From: a virus
DNA length: 34,774 nt
Strand: one strand, 5' to 3'
IMG/VR virus record: IMGVR_UViG_3300010269_000155
The stretch's first letter is position 1, and every line of letters begins with the position of its first letter. The position numbers and the translations under genes are program-made. This document shows, piece after piece, positions 1-9,558 of this stretch. Below the pieces are notes generated by a model. It had not been told where the DNA came from. It was given only the letters and a program-made list of their open reading frames with translations, and did not search any database.

Positions 1-381
1 ATGACATCCGATTCAGAATCCTCCTATCTCGCAAAAACAAACGGCATGAAGATTGAGGAGATTGTCCAGACCCTCCTTCCAGAACTGCAGTATGTAGGGA
101 AGAACCTGGATGCAATCTATCATGACAGACCCCTTGAGATCAAGTCATGCCAGATGGTGTGTCGCAGATCTGATCGTGTTAAGGGTGAACGGACAGGAAG
201 GTTCTGGTTCAGAGGAGATCAGGACCATGTATTGAAGGAAAAAGACGGCCTCTATGCTCTCGTTGTTCACGAGAACGGAGATTGCAGGTTCTTCATCCTG
301 GCTGAGGCTCGTCAGCTGCTGAAGGACTTCTCTGGAGCTATGACTGTTTCCTGGAGGACAATTGCGAGGAGGGTTCTATGA
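1..381 (+). CDS. Small hypothetical protein, possible PD-(D/E)xK nuclease fold
   Basis: LDAIYHDRPLEIKSC resembles the D...E-x-K catalytic motif; ATGA overlap with the next gene. Confidence 0.45.
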   Translation: MTSDSESSYLAKTNGMKIEEIVQTLLPELQYVGKNLDAIYHDRPLEIKSCQMVCRRSDRVKGERTGRFWFRGDQDHVLKEKDGLYALVVHENGDCRFFILAEARQLLKDFSGAMTVSWRTIARRVL

Positions 382-1109
382 CAAATCACCTCAAAGAATT
401 CCAGAAAGGTATTGAAAGCCTGGCAGGAAGATACCATATCTGGCAAGTTTTTGAAGACTGGACAGAAGCAGCAGCAATTGAACTCCACCAGGCTACTCAT
501 GTGATGGTCACGGGCCAGAAGAACCCGGAGATCGAAAAGCAGTACATGGACATTGTGGGGAGATACAATCCGGACGATGTAAGGAAAGTGTTCCCCACAC
601 TTTTCCTCCATGTTGTTGAAGGTCTCCAGGAACCATGTGACTTCCTCGGACAGGCTTTCATGGAGCTGGACCTGGGCAGCCACTGGCACGGGCAATTCTT
701 CACTCCCTATCATCTGTCAAAGATGATGGCTCAGATGACCTTGCAGGAAGTCCCTGAGAAAGAAGTCCTTACGATCTCAGAACCTGCCTGCGGATCCGGA
801 GGGATGCTAGTGGCATGTGCAGAGGTCCTCCAGGAGAAGGGCATCAATTCCATGTACCGGATGCACGCAGTAGCCACGGATGTGGACCAGACGTGTTTCA
901 ATATGGCATATGTTCAGCTTTCCCTCTTGGGTATTTCAGCTGAGGTTTGCCTGGGGAATACTCTGTCCTGCGAAACCCGGAAATGCTGGAGGACCTTTGC
1001 GAGTGTGCTTACAGGGCATACGATAGCTTCTCTGACTAATAGAAAACGACTGATTGAGATGCCTAGAGAGATTAGACAGGATACGTTTGAAGCATGGGGG
1101 GCGTGCTGA
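378..1109 (+). CDS. N-6 adenine DNA methylase-like (HsdM-like SAM-binding) protein lacking motif IV
   Basis: GQFFTP (motif X), EPACGSGGML (motif I), ATDVD and GNTL are present; no NPP(F/Y) follows before the stop. Confidence 0.8.
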   Translation: MTNHLKEFQKGIESLAGRYHIWQVFEDWTEAAAIELHQATHVMVTGQKNPEIEKQYMDIVGRYNPDDVRKVFPTLFLHVVEGLQEPCDFLGQAFMELDLGSHWHGQFFTPYHLSKMMAQMTLQEVPEKEVLTISEPACGSGGMLVACAEVLQEKGINSMYRMHAVATDVDQTCFNMAYVQLSLLGISAEVCLGNTLSCETRKCWRTFASVLTGHTIASLTNRKRLIEMPREIRQDTFEAWGAC

Positions 1110-1270
1110 TGCCCCGGAAACCTGTTGAGAAATACATCGAAGAAATCCGGGATATTCACAACTCCTTCCTTTTCTATCCGGACTCCGAAACTCTCAGGAA
1201 AAGGCGCCATGATAAGCTTGAGGCTGAGTTGAGCTATGTGAATGATGCTTTGGGAGTTGTTCAGGAATGA
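1109..1270 (+). CDS. Hypothetical protein, 53 aa (MPRKPVEKYIEE...GVVQE), not in the ORF track
   Basis: TGATG overlap with the upstream gene and ATGA overlap with the downstream gene; fills the gap exactly. Confidence 0.7.
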   Translation: MPRKPVEKYIEEIRDIHNSFLFYPDSETLRKRRHDKLEAELSYVNDALGVVQE

Positions 1271-1884
1271 ACTCTCCCTTATATACTGATCAGGCAGGTT
1301 TCCCATTGTCTACAAAAGTCGAAGAATTCAAAGAACTCCTGAAAGACCCGGAAGTCCAGGAATGTCTCAAAGACATAATAAGGAACTGCCTGCATGAATC
1401 CGATGTTTTCACCAGACTTGATATGATTGAAGAAAATCTCGGAGCAGATGAATTCCATTGTGTAGGCCGAGATCTTGCTTTCGAAAAGGGTGTTTCTGAG
1501 TATGATGACGAAAGAGAACCTTTGCCGAAAATAACTGATAGGGTTGCTGAGATATACAAAGGTATTGACTCGATTCAGTTTATGGGCGAGACAAAGCCTG
1601 CTCTTGAAGTCAATACCCTTACCGACATCAGAGCAAGACTCCTAGTTGAGAAGCTTGAGAACATGGCCCCTCGTATTGGAGGTCGATACATGACCTCTAA
1701 GGAAGTAGGAGATTTCATTCAATATGAGCTACCAGAAGAATTCCGGTACAACGGGAAAGGAAACCCCAGAGAAGTCCGAAGCGAGTTGATGGCTCACGCA
1801 GTAAATAAATTTCCGAATAAAGTTAGAATGGGACAAAGCAAAAATGGGAATAAGCTGCTGCGTATCGAATTCATACAGGGGTAA
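1267..1884 (+). CDS. Hypothetical protein, possibly DNA-binding or a replication initiator
   Basis: 205-aa coupled ORF lying directly upstream of a repeat-rich non-coding region; function inferred from position only. Confidence 0.6.
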   Translation: MNSPLYTDQAGFPLSTKVEEFKELLKDPEVQECLKDIIRNCLHESDVFTRLDMIEENLGADEFHCVGRDLAFEKGVSEYDDEREPLPKITDRVAEIYKGIDSIQFMGETKPALEVNTLTDIRARLLVEKLENMAPRIGGRYMTSKEVGDFIQYELPEEFRYNGKGNPREVRSELMAHAVNKFPNKVRMGQSKNGNKLLRIEFIQG

Positions 1885-1911
1885 AAATGCAAAATCACTA
1901 TCATGATAATC

Positions 1912-2210
1912 AAGTGTCAGGAACTCCTGACGGAAAGCGTCAGGAAGTGTCAGTCCTGACAGACACTTTCACCAGATAAGGAGGTAAAAAACCATGAAAT
2001 GACGTAGAAACCTGAGATGAAAAATCTATAGCTTGGTTATTAAGAAGAATTCCAGTTAAAAAATGGAAAGAACTTCTTAGAATAATAGATAGAGATTGAC
2101 ACGAATAGAGATAGATATAAAAAAATTTCATGTAATAAATTGGTAAAAAAACGGTATCTTCCTGACACATCTTCGTAGAAGTGTCAGTGATTCCTGACGG
2201 TTTCTGACGG
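1912..2210. repeat. Two clusters of short direct/inverted repeats flanking an AT-rich spacer (candidate origin or operator)
   Basis: AAGTGTCAG at 1912, 1945, 2179; TCCTGAC at 1925, 1954, 2160, 2192; GTCAGGA at 1916, 1939; perfect hairpin TCCTGACG-gaaag-CGTCAGGA at 1925-1945. Confidence 0.6.
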
Positions 2211-2257
2211 TTTTATCACGACGAAACTTAGCACAAAAACATTAGAGGGTATGATCT

Positions 2258-2713
2258 ATGGAAGACGAGTGCAAACTACTCATTGAGAACAAGTGTTCTA
2301 AATTTGGGATTTCCTGCTCAGGCTGGAGGGAAGATAAAGAGAAGTGTCCTGTATGGGGTGAAGTTCTTGCAGCTGAGAACTACTTCTCTGAAAGATCCAA
2401 GTACGAACGTGGAGTTCATGATGAAGAGGATGAGGCGAAAGCAGAGGAATGGAGAGAATTGTGTAAGCAGCACAAGGAAAGTCTTGCCTATCAGGTGAAT
2501 AATGGAACAATTGACTGGAAAATAATCAAAGGCGTCTTTGATATGAGGTCAGAACGAATTGCAAAAAATTACGTCACTTCTTCCCTTAAAACAGAAGGTC
2601 TGATCTGCTGCATGAATTGTGCAAAATGGACGAAGGACGAGATCTGCAAGGAATCAAAGCAGAAAACCGATGCATCGTTCACATGTAAGAATTTCGCAAA
2701 ACTGAGATCATGA
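2258..2713 (+). CDS. Cys-rich hypothetical protein (putative Zn-binding)
   Basis: Cys clusters at both termini (CSKFGISC...CP; CCMNC...C...C); GAGGG RBS-like sequence upstream. Confidence 0.65.
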   Translation: MEDECKLLIENKCSKFGISCSGWREDKEKCPVWGEVLAAENYFSERSKYERGVHDEEDEAKAEEWRELCKQHKESLAYQVNNGTIDWKIIKGVFDMRSERIAKNYVTSSLKTEGLICCMNCAKWTKDEICKESKQKTDASFTCKNFAKLRS

Positions 2714-2889
2714 AACAACAACGCAGGTATTCTGGATACGAACCTCTTCACTCCAACCCAAACTTCAAAATGAAGTATCCTGAATTCTCAGCTTACAATC
2801 CAGAAGGCTCTATAGTTCACAACTCTCCTTGCATGTCTCGGTATTGGCGTGATCAAAACAATAGATCAGAAAAAAATAAAGGAGGTTAG
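2710..2889 (+). CDS. Hypothetical protein, 59 aa (MKQQRRYSGYEP...), not in the ORF track
   Basis: ATGA overlap with the upstream stop; open to TAG at 2887-2889. Confidence 0.5.
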   Translation: MKQQRRYSGYEPLHSNPNFKMKYPEFSAYNPEGSIVHNSPCMSRYWRDQNNRSEKNKGG

Positions 2890-3187
2890 TTAAGAAGGAA
2901 AATTGATGGAGATTAGACCCTATCCTCCTGTTCAGAGAGTAATAAGGGCAAATTACTCTCCGAATTTCGCGTGCCAAGGAAGAAGGTGAGTAAATCAAGC
3001 AAAATTGATTTACTAATAAATAAAACTACATAATAATAAATAAACGTTTCGAATGATCTAGGATTCATAATAATAATTCATTGAATGTTAAAACAAGTAA
3101 AAGTTATGAAGGAGGAAAGAACTTTGTGTGCAAGATTTACATCAGAATTCCAGTGAAAAATACGTCTTCGTTTTTTAATCTCATTTA

Positions 3188-3202
3188 GTTAACAGCGTTA
3201 AC
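3188..3202 (+). promoter_or_regulatory. Conserved operator GTTAAC-AGC-GTTAAC, copy 1
   Basis: Exact 15-mer, 39 nt upstream of the terS-like start; repeated before three other operons. Confidence 0.8.
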
Positions 3203-3241
3203 AATATTACACTTAAAAACAATATCTTAAAGGGAGTTCCT

Positions 3242-3706
3242 ATGGCCACAGTAAAGAAGACAAAGCCAAAAAAACAGGTTAAAAATAGTAAGGTTTTTAC
3301 ATGGACTCCAGCACGTAAAGCTGCGGCTTTAGCACTATCAACAGGCTTGAAAACCCAAAGGCAAGTTTGCAAAGAACTTAACATTACTGAAAAAACGATG
3401 TGTGAGTGGAAGAAGTCTCCTGTTTTTTTAGAAGAAGTTGATAGGCTCACTCTAAAAAACGAGCTGGCTACCAGGGCAGGTCTTCTTAGAGAATGCTTGA
3501 AAGGTCTTGACCTGAAGAGAGACCATATTGAAGGCGATAAGAACACTCACCTTCATTATGTGCAGGCCGTTGCAGATCTCCAGGGCCTGATAAAACAGAA
3601 AGTTGACATCGAAGGGAACATGAACCACACAGGTGGGGCTGTAACAATCTACATTCCTGACAACGGCCGGGATAAAAAACAAGATGAAGAGCAAGAACAG
3701 TCCTGA
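3242..3706 (+). CDS. Terminase small subunit-like HTH protein
   Basis: N-terminal HTH pattern (TQRQVCKELNITEKTMCEWKK); directly upstream of and overlapping terL. Confidence 0.7.
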   Translation: MATVKKTKPKKQVKNSKVFTWTPARKAAALALSTGLKTQRQVCKELNITEKTMCEWKKSPVFLEEVDRLTLKNELATRAGLLRECLKGLDLKRDHIEGDKNTHLHYVQAVADLQGLIKQKVDIEGNMNHTGGAVTIYIPDNGRDKKQDEEQEQS

Positions 3707-5180
3707 AGATCCTTCCGAAAAGGATAAGGAAATCCGTCCTCAGCCAGGACCCCAGGAAGCTTTCCTTAGTTCTCCAGCAGATATAATAATTTTTGGAGGT
3801 TCGGCTGGAGGGGGTAAGAGCTGGGTACTTCTTTTAGAGCCTCTAAGAAACATTGATACAAAAGGATTCACTTCAACTATTTTCCGGAGAACCTACCCTC
3901 AGATCATGAATGAAGGCGGTCTCTGGTCCACATCACAAGAGATCTATCCTTATGCCGGGGGATCACCCAGAGAAGCAGACCTTCGTTGGAAGTTCAAAAA
4001 CGGCAATTCTATCAAGTTCTCGCATCTGGAGTATGAGAAATCTAAGCTGGAATATCAGGGTTCTCAGATCTGCTACATTGGTTTTGATGAGCTCACGCAT
4101 TTCAGCGAGACGATGTTCTTCTATCTCCTGAGTAGAAACCGTTCGACGTGCGGCGTAAAGCCCTACATGAGGGCCACATGCAACCCGGATCCCGACAGCT
4201 GGGTTGCAGAGTTCATTGCCTGGTGGATTAACCAGGAAACTGGCTATCCAATCCCTGAAAGGTCTGGAGTGATACGATACTTTGTCAGGCACATGGACCG
4301 CATATACTGGGCTGACTCTGAAGCTGAATTATGGGACCAGGTCAAGAACTTGATGCCAGAAGAAGACTTTCATCCTCAGTCATTCACGTTTATTGCAGCC
4401 AAGCTGGACGACAATCCTGCACTCACAACAAAAGATCCTGGTTATAGGGGCAGGCTCATGGCTCTTCCTCTTGTAGAACGTGAAAGGCTCCTGGGAGGAA
4501 ACTGGAAGATCAGACATACTGCAGGGACAATGTTCCGGATGGAGTGGTTCCATTTCATAGACCGCTCAGAAGTCCCTTTCAGGTCTCTGAATGAGTCTGA
4601 GCCAGACATCTACGTCATCCCAGAAAATAGCCGGAAAATCCGTGGAAAAATGCGTCTGGTTCGCTGGTGGGATACAGCGGCTACAGAGCCAAGTCCTGAG
4701 AACAAAGATCCTGACTGGACTGCAGGGGTCCTCATGGGAGAGCTGGAAGGGAAGTTCTACATCCTCGACCTGGTTCACGTCCAGAAATCTCCTGGTGATG
4801 TTGAGGACCTCATGGCAGCAACAGCAGAGCTTGACGGGAAAAGCGTCGAGATCGGTATGGAGGTAGAGCCGGGGTCCGCGGGCAAGAGGGAAGCTGAAAG
4901 GTTCAGGAGAACAATCTTTTCAGGATACACTTTTCACGCAGAGCGCAGCTCAGGCGACAAAGTCACCAGGGCAAAGCCTTTCAGTTCAGCTGTTCAGCAT
5001 GGCCTTGTCTATGTTGTCCGGGCCCCTTGGAATAATGAGTATCTTAGCGACCTTGTAAACTTTCCTAACCCGAAATACCACGATGACTGCGTAGATGCAT
5101 CCAGCGCATCAAATGATTACCTGACAAGAAAAGGACCGAATAAAACAAGAGGGATTTCTGCTCTCGTCCGGACTCGATAA
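3684..5180 (+). CDS. terL: Terminase large subunit
   Basis: Q motif (PQPGPQ), Walker A GGSAGGGKS, Walker B YIGFDE, TCNP motif, nuclease acidic motifs WDTAA and HDDCVDA. Confidence 0.95.
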   Translation: MKSKNSPEDPSEKDKEIRPQPGPQEAFLSSPADIIIFGGSAGGGKSWVLLLEPLRNIDTKGFTSTIFRRTYPQIMNEGGLWSTSQEIYPYAGGSPREADLRWKFKNGNSIKFSHLEYEKSKLEYQGSQICYIGFDELTHFSETMFFYLLSRNRSTCGVKPYMRATCNPDPDSWVAEFIAWWINQETGYPIPERSGVIRYFVRHMDRIYWADSEAELWDQVKNLMPEEDFHPQSFTFIAAKLDDNPALTTKDPGYRGRLMALPLVERERLLGGNWKIRHTAGTMFRMEWFHFIDRSEVPFRSLNESEPDIYVIPENSRKIRGKMRLVRWWDTAATEPSPENKDPDWTAGVLMGELEGKFYILDLVHVQKSPGDVEDLMAATAELDGKSVEIGMEVEPGSAGKREAERFRRTIFSGYTFHAERSSGDKVTRAKPFSSAVQHGLVYVVRAPWNNEYLSDLVNFPNPKYHDDCVDASSASNDYLTRKGPNKTRGISALVRTR

Positions 5181-5252
5181 AATATTCCTGAAATTCTACG
5201 ACTTTTTCTGAGATATTTTTTGTTTTTTCTAAAAAAGATAATATTTTTATTT

Positions 5253-5267
5253 GTTAACAGCGTTAAC
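5253..5267 (+). promoter_or_regulatory. Conserved operator GTTAAC-AGC-GTTAAC, copy 2
   Basis: Exact 15-mer after an AT-rich TATA-like stretch, 19 nt before ATG 5287. Confidence 0.8.
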
Positions 5268-5286
5268 TTTACAAAAAGGCGATTTT

Positions 5287-5613
5287 ATGGATCTCTCCGA
5301 ACTCCAGGAACTCATCTATTTTATATCCGGTATTGCTGCAGCCCTGGCTACTGCATACGGCACGATGAAGGCTCAGGGCAAGATAGTCTATCCCGCAAAG
5401 AAGATAGATGCAGGCAGGGACAAAATCAAAGAACTCACCGAGTCAAACGCGCTCCTCGAAGGTGTAGCTGAACTTATCAGCGAAGTCTCAGCCGATGAAG
5501 TCTCTGCTATGATTGCGAAGAAGAAAGAGCTGGACGCTACTCCAGGGATTACAAAAGAGCAGAAGGCTCTGACTCTGGGTATGATGTTCATGAACGCTAT
5601 GAAAAATCCGTGA
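5287..5613 (+). CDS. Small N-terminally anchored membrane protein (holin-like candidate), 108 aa
   Basis: Hydrophobic LIYFISGIAAALATAYG followed by a charged helical region; start moved from TTG 5251 to ATG 5287 because the TTG abuts the operator. Confidence 0.55.
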   Translation: MDLSELQELIYFISGIAAALATAYGTMKAQGKIVYPAKKIDAGRDKIKELTESNALLEGVAELISEVSADEVSAMIAKKKELDATPGITKEQKALTLGMMFMNAMKNP

Positions 5614-5619
5614 TGAGAA

Positions 5620-6861
5620 ATGTCTGAACTCAATGCAGCTGCCCCTACTCCTAAAAGGAAATTATCCTTAGCAGCAGCAGTCGAACCTCTTAACAGGTCG
5701 AACACTTCTTCAACATCCGGGCCCTATGTAAATTTTGACCAGAACAACAGATTTACTTTTTACCAGCAGCTATCCACCTGCAACCCCCACGTTTCTACCG
5801 GTCTAAACAAACTGGGGCTTTCCTTGGTCAAAGGCATGTCCTTCGATGGAAAAAAGCAGGCAGTGAAAGAGTTCAAAGAATATTCTAAAAAATCAAACTT
5901 CACAAACCAGATACAGACAATTTCCCGCGTCCTCTGCAGGGACGGGACTTATCTTGCAAAACCTGTGTACGGGGCAAACGGTGGTAGTTTCCGCCTTGTG
6001 CCTTTCCTGATGCCTTATACAACAATCCTGCCTGAGGGGTATGCACCAGGTTCACGACCCACAAAAATAATGCAGCCTGGAAAAGATCTGGAAAAAACCA
6101 GGTTCTATGTATACGAGAAACAGCAAGCTCAGGAAGTCCTCGAATTCAACAAGGTTGTATATGGTAACTATAACGAATATGATTCAGTGCAGCTGGATGT
6201 CAAAAAGAGGAAAACATACGGGCTATACGGGTCGTCTCTTCTTGTTCCCTTGATTCCAAGCATTCAAAACCTCCTGGACATCGATCAGGGGTTCATTTCC
6301 TTTGTCAAAAAATATGGTAACGGGCGGTATATTTTCAATTTCAGGTTAGTCGAAGAGCTTGTGAAGCAGGATATAATCACTCCTGAGGAAGGACAGGAAA
6401 TCATCAATGATTGGTGTGAGAAACACAAGGACCTGTCCGAAAATGAGGACATTGTAGGGGCAGGCATTGATGTCTACACACCCGATCCAAAAGGCTCTCT
6501 TGATATTACAAAATTCAAGGAGAGTCTTGAGACTGAAATTCAGATAGGACTCTTCCAATCGCCTTTGAACATGGGTAAGGCTTCCGGCACGACTTATGCA
6601 AGTGCGTACATGGTCGAAGAAGACAGGATGTTAGTCCTCGAAGGGATTCAGGAAATTGTAAAAGGTCTTGCTCAGACAGCTGTAGATTTCAGGCAGGCTG
6701 CTGCAGGAAAACAGCCAGGTTCAGTGACAATTGAATTTGAGGAATTGTCGCTTGAAAAATTAACAGTGACTGAGATGCAGGAAATGTACAACACAGGCGT
6801 AATTTCAAAAGAGATGTTTTTGAAACGTACAGGATTCCCGGAAGAGGAAATGCAGGAGTGA
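5620..6861 (+). CDS. Putative portal protein
   Basis: 413 aa, located between terL and the MuF gene; helical character; no catalytic motifs. Confidence 0.7.
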   Translation: MSELNAAAPTPKRKLSLAAAVEPLNRSNTSSTSGPYVNFDQNNRFTFYQQLSTCNPHVSTGLNKLGLSLVKGMSFDGKKQAVKEFKEYSKKSNFTNQIQTISRVLCRDGTYLAKPVYGANGGSFRLVPFLMPYTTILPEGYAPGSRPTKIMQPGKDLEKTRFYVYEKQQAQEVLEFNKVVYGNYNEYDSVQLDVKKRKTYGLYGSSLLVPLIPSIQNLLDIDQGFISFVKKYGNGRYIFNFRLVEELVKQDIITPEEGQEIINDWCEKHKDLSENEDIVGAGIDVYTPDPKGSLDITKFKESLETEIQIGLFQSPLNMGKASGTTYASAYMVEEDRMLVLEGIQEIVKGLAQTAVDFRQAAAGKQPGSVTIEFEELSLEKLTVTEMQEMYNTGVISKEMFLKRTGFPEEEMQE

Positions 6862-6911
6862 GTGCATGACACTGTAAAATGCAATACAATTCAAAAACGG
6901 AGATAAAAACG

Positions 6912-7883
6912 ATGTTAAAACAACTGTTTATGATATTATTTTTAGTTATGCTCTTAGCAACACCGTCAGTCGCAAGTGAAAAAGGTGCTATAATCCAGAT
7001 GACCACAACATTAGAAAACAGCGATACTCAGCTACATTTTAATTATGCTGAAAACCTGGGAGATGGGCGTGGTGTTACATTTGGGTGTATCGGGTTCTGC
7101 ACTGGGACTTATGATGGGAACATCCTTGTCAAACATTATACTGAACTGAATCCAAATAACAATCTTGCAAAGTATATCCCGGCTCTGAATAAGATTGATG
7201 CTGGTCCTCACAATGCAGCAGGTGGAGACGGAAATCCAAGCTTAGAGGGATTATCTGGATTTATAAAAGACGTTCAGTCGTGCAATGACCCACTTTTCAA
7301 GACAGCTCAGATTGACAAACTGGATGAGCTCTACTATAATCCTGCAATGGAAATTGCAGATTCTATAGGCGCAAAAAATGCACTTACTAAAGCTTTCATC
7401 TATGATATGTGCGTCAGGCATGGAGTTGACGGGGCAGAAAGCATCATCAGGAAGGCAGGTACTACTCCGAAGCAGGGAGCTGATGAGAACACATATCTCG
7501 GAAAGTTGATTTCACTCAGGGACGCAAAACTAAAGCAGGAAGGCCTGGGAGATGTAAACAGAGATCAGGGATACAAAAACGTCCTCAACAGTGGAAATGT
7601 TAATCTTCAGACTCCCTTTACTTTCGTTGCTTATGGAGAATCTTTCACTATTGATGGCAACTTAGATCTCGGAGAATACCAGGAAGAAATCCCAGTTGAA
7701 GAACCACCGGAAGTAATCGAACCGGAAGAACCTGAAGAACCTGAAATTACACCAGAGGAACCTGTAATTACTCCAGAAGAGCCTGAAAACACGGAAGAAA
7801 AGGATAACAAATGGCATCATAAAAAATATCATAAACACGGCAGGCATCACAAAGAGTGTCACAGACACAGTAGAAGATGTTGA
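6912..7883 (+). CDS. csn: Secreted GH46 chitosanase homologue with Glu/Pro linker and His/Lys-rich tail
   Basis: LENS...YAENLGDGRGVTFGCIGFCTGT matches the GH46 signature (cf. Streptomyces AENSS...EDIGDGRGYTGGIIGFCSGTG); later similarity in YYNPA, YDMCVRHG, TPKQGADE, GNVNL. Signal peptide starts at ATG 6912 (alternative start 6879). Confidence 0.9.
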   Translation: MLKQLFMILFLVMLLATPSVASEKGAIIQMTTTLENSDTQLHFNYAENLGDGRGVTFGCIGFCTGTYDGNILVKHYTELNPNNNLAKYIPALNKIDAGPHNAAGGDGNPSLEGLSGFIKDVQSCNDPLFKTAQIDKLDELYYNPAMEIADSIGAKNALTKAFIYDMCVRHGVDGAESIIRKAGTTPKQGADENTYLGKLISLRDAKLKQEGLGDVNRDQGYKNVLNSGNVNLQTPFTFVAYGESFTIDGNLDLGEYQEEIPVEEPPEVIEPEEPEEPEITPEEPVITPEEPENTEEKDNKWHHKKYHKHGRHHKECHRHSRRC

Positions 7884-7923
7884 AACATAAGAATACCGGC
7901 TTCTGAAAAACAGATGTGAAAAA

Positions 7924-9558
7924 ATGCTTCTGAACACTCCTGAGATTCGTCGCATCGAATCCAGGTTCCTTTCTCTTTTTGAAAGAACTTTCCTTAAAGG
8001 AATCAAGGGAAAGCCTGCACCCTCTTACCTGAAATCAGTCAAGACTCAGTTCAAGTCAAAGACCTTCCAGATCCAGGCGGACAAAATCATTGATGATATC
8101 TACCTGCAGTCAATCGAACATACAGACAAACAAACAAAAAAGGCGCAGGCAAGTGTACTAAAAAAAGGCAGTAGGCACTTATCAGCTGCTTCAAAACCTC
8201 TTCCGATTACCGAGGAAGCCGTCAGGCAGGCTGTAGGATTATCGAAGGAAGTAACCGAATCAATCATCAAGTTCCTGAAGGATGATGGGATCTACCTTGA
8301 GCATCCAAACACGCTTGAGAAAAGAGTACGGGAACTATGGGGTGGACAGAAGTATAGAGCTGTAAGATTTGCCAGGACGTTCACAGCTGATGTGGCTACA
8401 AATACAGAGCTCTGGAGATATCAGGATGCAGGGATTGACGACCTGCAGTTCTATGCGAAGATAGATGACAAGACTTCTCCGCAGTGTCGCACTATGCATG
8501 GGACGGTTTTTAAGACTGATTCTCCTGAGGCTAGACGGTACCGTTGTCCTTTGCACCAAAATTGCCGCAGTAGCCTCCTTCCTGTGCCTATCACTCAGAA
8601 AGTAGATCCTAAGATGCGGTTCGAGAACAGGGACTTCACTAGGCAGATGGATCAAGAATTCAATATCCTTGATGACCGAACAGACAAGGACCTCATCAAG
8701 AAAACCTTTTCCGATATCGATACCTTCAATGAGAAGTACAGGATTGATCAGTTCATTCTTGACGAGGATGTAGAAGCCAGGCTGCAGAAGTTGAACATCC
8801 AGATCCTGAGTGAGATCCCAAAGGAGAAAACTAACTTAAAATATACGCCAGTAAAGACAGTTAAAAAGGCTGAGGAGTGGCTATTGGAAAACACTTCAGT
8901 GAAGTATGCCGATTTCAAAGGAGTGCATATAGACATTGTTAATGAGATGATTGAAAGTTTCGTATACCATCTGAATCTAGAACCTAAACTTGCTAACAAA
9001 ATGAAATTTTATGGAACAGGACAGGCACAATTCGAGCTGTGGTATCAGGATGAACTCAAGAAGGAAATCGAGTGGCTAAAAAAACTCCACCCAGAAGATG
9101 AAAAACTCATATTAGAAAGGGCAAAGAGGAGAATTAAAAAGCCAAAGATGGATGGCAAAACATACGCTCATTCGTGGAATCATCCCAAGTTTGGAGGCAT
9201 TGGAGTAAATAAAAAGTTCGGTAGCAACCCATTAACGTTTTCTGAATGTGCCGAAAAAGATGAGAGTGTAGGATGGCATCCTACAGGCTGCAAAACTATT
9301 AAATCGATATTCGATCACGAGTTTGGCCATGAGTTAGATAACATTTATAACATATCCAATTCAGATATAGTGTCAAATCTCTATACCAAAAAAAATATTG
9401 AAGAAATTCATAACAACCTTTCTAGGTATGCTCTGACTTCCAAACAAGAGCTTGTGGCAGAGGCATGGGCAGAATATCTAAATAATCCAAGTCCCAGAAA
9501 TATTGCAAAGGAAGTTGGAGAGTTTATAACGTCAGAAGTCAACAAGGGTAAATCATGA
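7924..9558 (+). CDS. MuF (SPP1 gp7-like) minor head protein with C-terminal HExxH metallopeptidase-like extension
   Basis: MuF motifs (DDKTSPQCRTMHG, PLHQNCRS) in the N-terminal half; HEFGH, LSRYA and ELVAEAW in the C-terminal domain. Confidence 0.85.
   Translation: MLLNTPEIRRIESRFLSLFERTFLKGIKGKPAPSYLKSVKTQFKSKTFQIQADKIIDDIYLQSIEHTDKQTKKAQASVLKKGSRHLSAASKPLPITEEAVRQAVGLSKEVTESIIKFLKDDGIYLEHPNTLEKRVRELWGGQKYRAVRFARTFTADVATNTELWRYQDAGIDDLQFYAKIDDKTSPQCRTMHGTVFKTDSPEARRYRCPLHQNCRSSLLPVPITQKVDPKMRFENRDFTRQMDQEFNILDDRTDKDLIKKTFSDIDTFNEKYRIDQFILDEDVEARLQKLNIQILSEIPKEKTNLKYTPVKTVKKAEEWLLENTSVKYADFKGVHIDIVNEMIESFVYHLNLEPKLANKMKFYGTGQAQFELWYQDELKKEIEWLKKLHPEDEKLILERAKRRIKKPKMDGKTYAHSWNHPKFGGIGVNKKFGSNPLTFSECAEKDESVGWHPTGCKTIKSIFDHEFGHELDNIYNISNSDIVSNLYTKKNIEEIHNNLSRYALTSKQELVAEAWAEYLNNPSPRNIAKEVGEFITSEVNKGKS

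Noticed and set aside
2889-3033. Amber read-through extension of the 2710-2889 ORF
   Set aside because: Would need two successive TAG read-throughs, and the extension has no recognisable features
4560-4660. Possible intein or insertion in terL
   Set aside because: Only ~30 aa, with no Cys/Ser start or His-Asn end; more likely a loop between ATPase and nuclease domains
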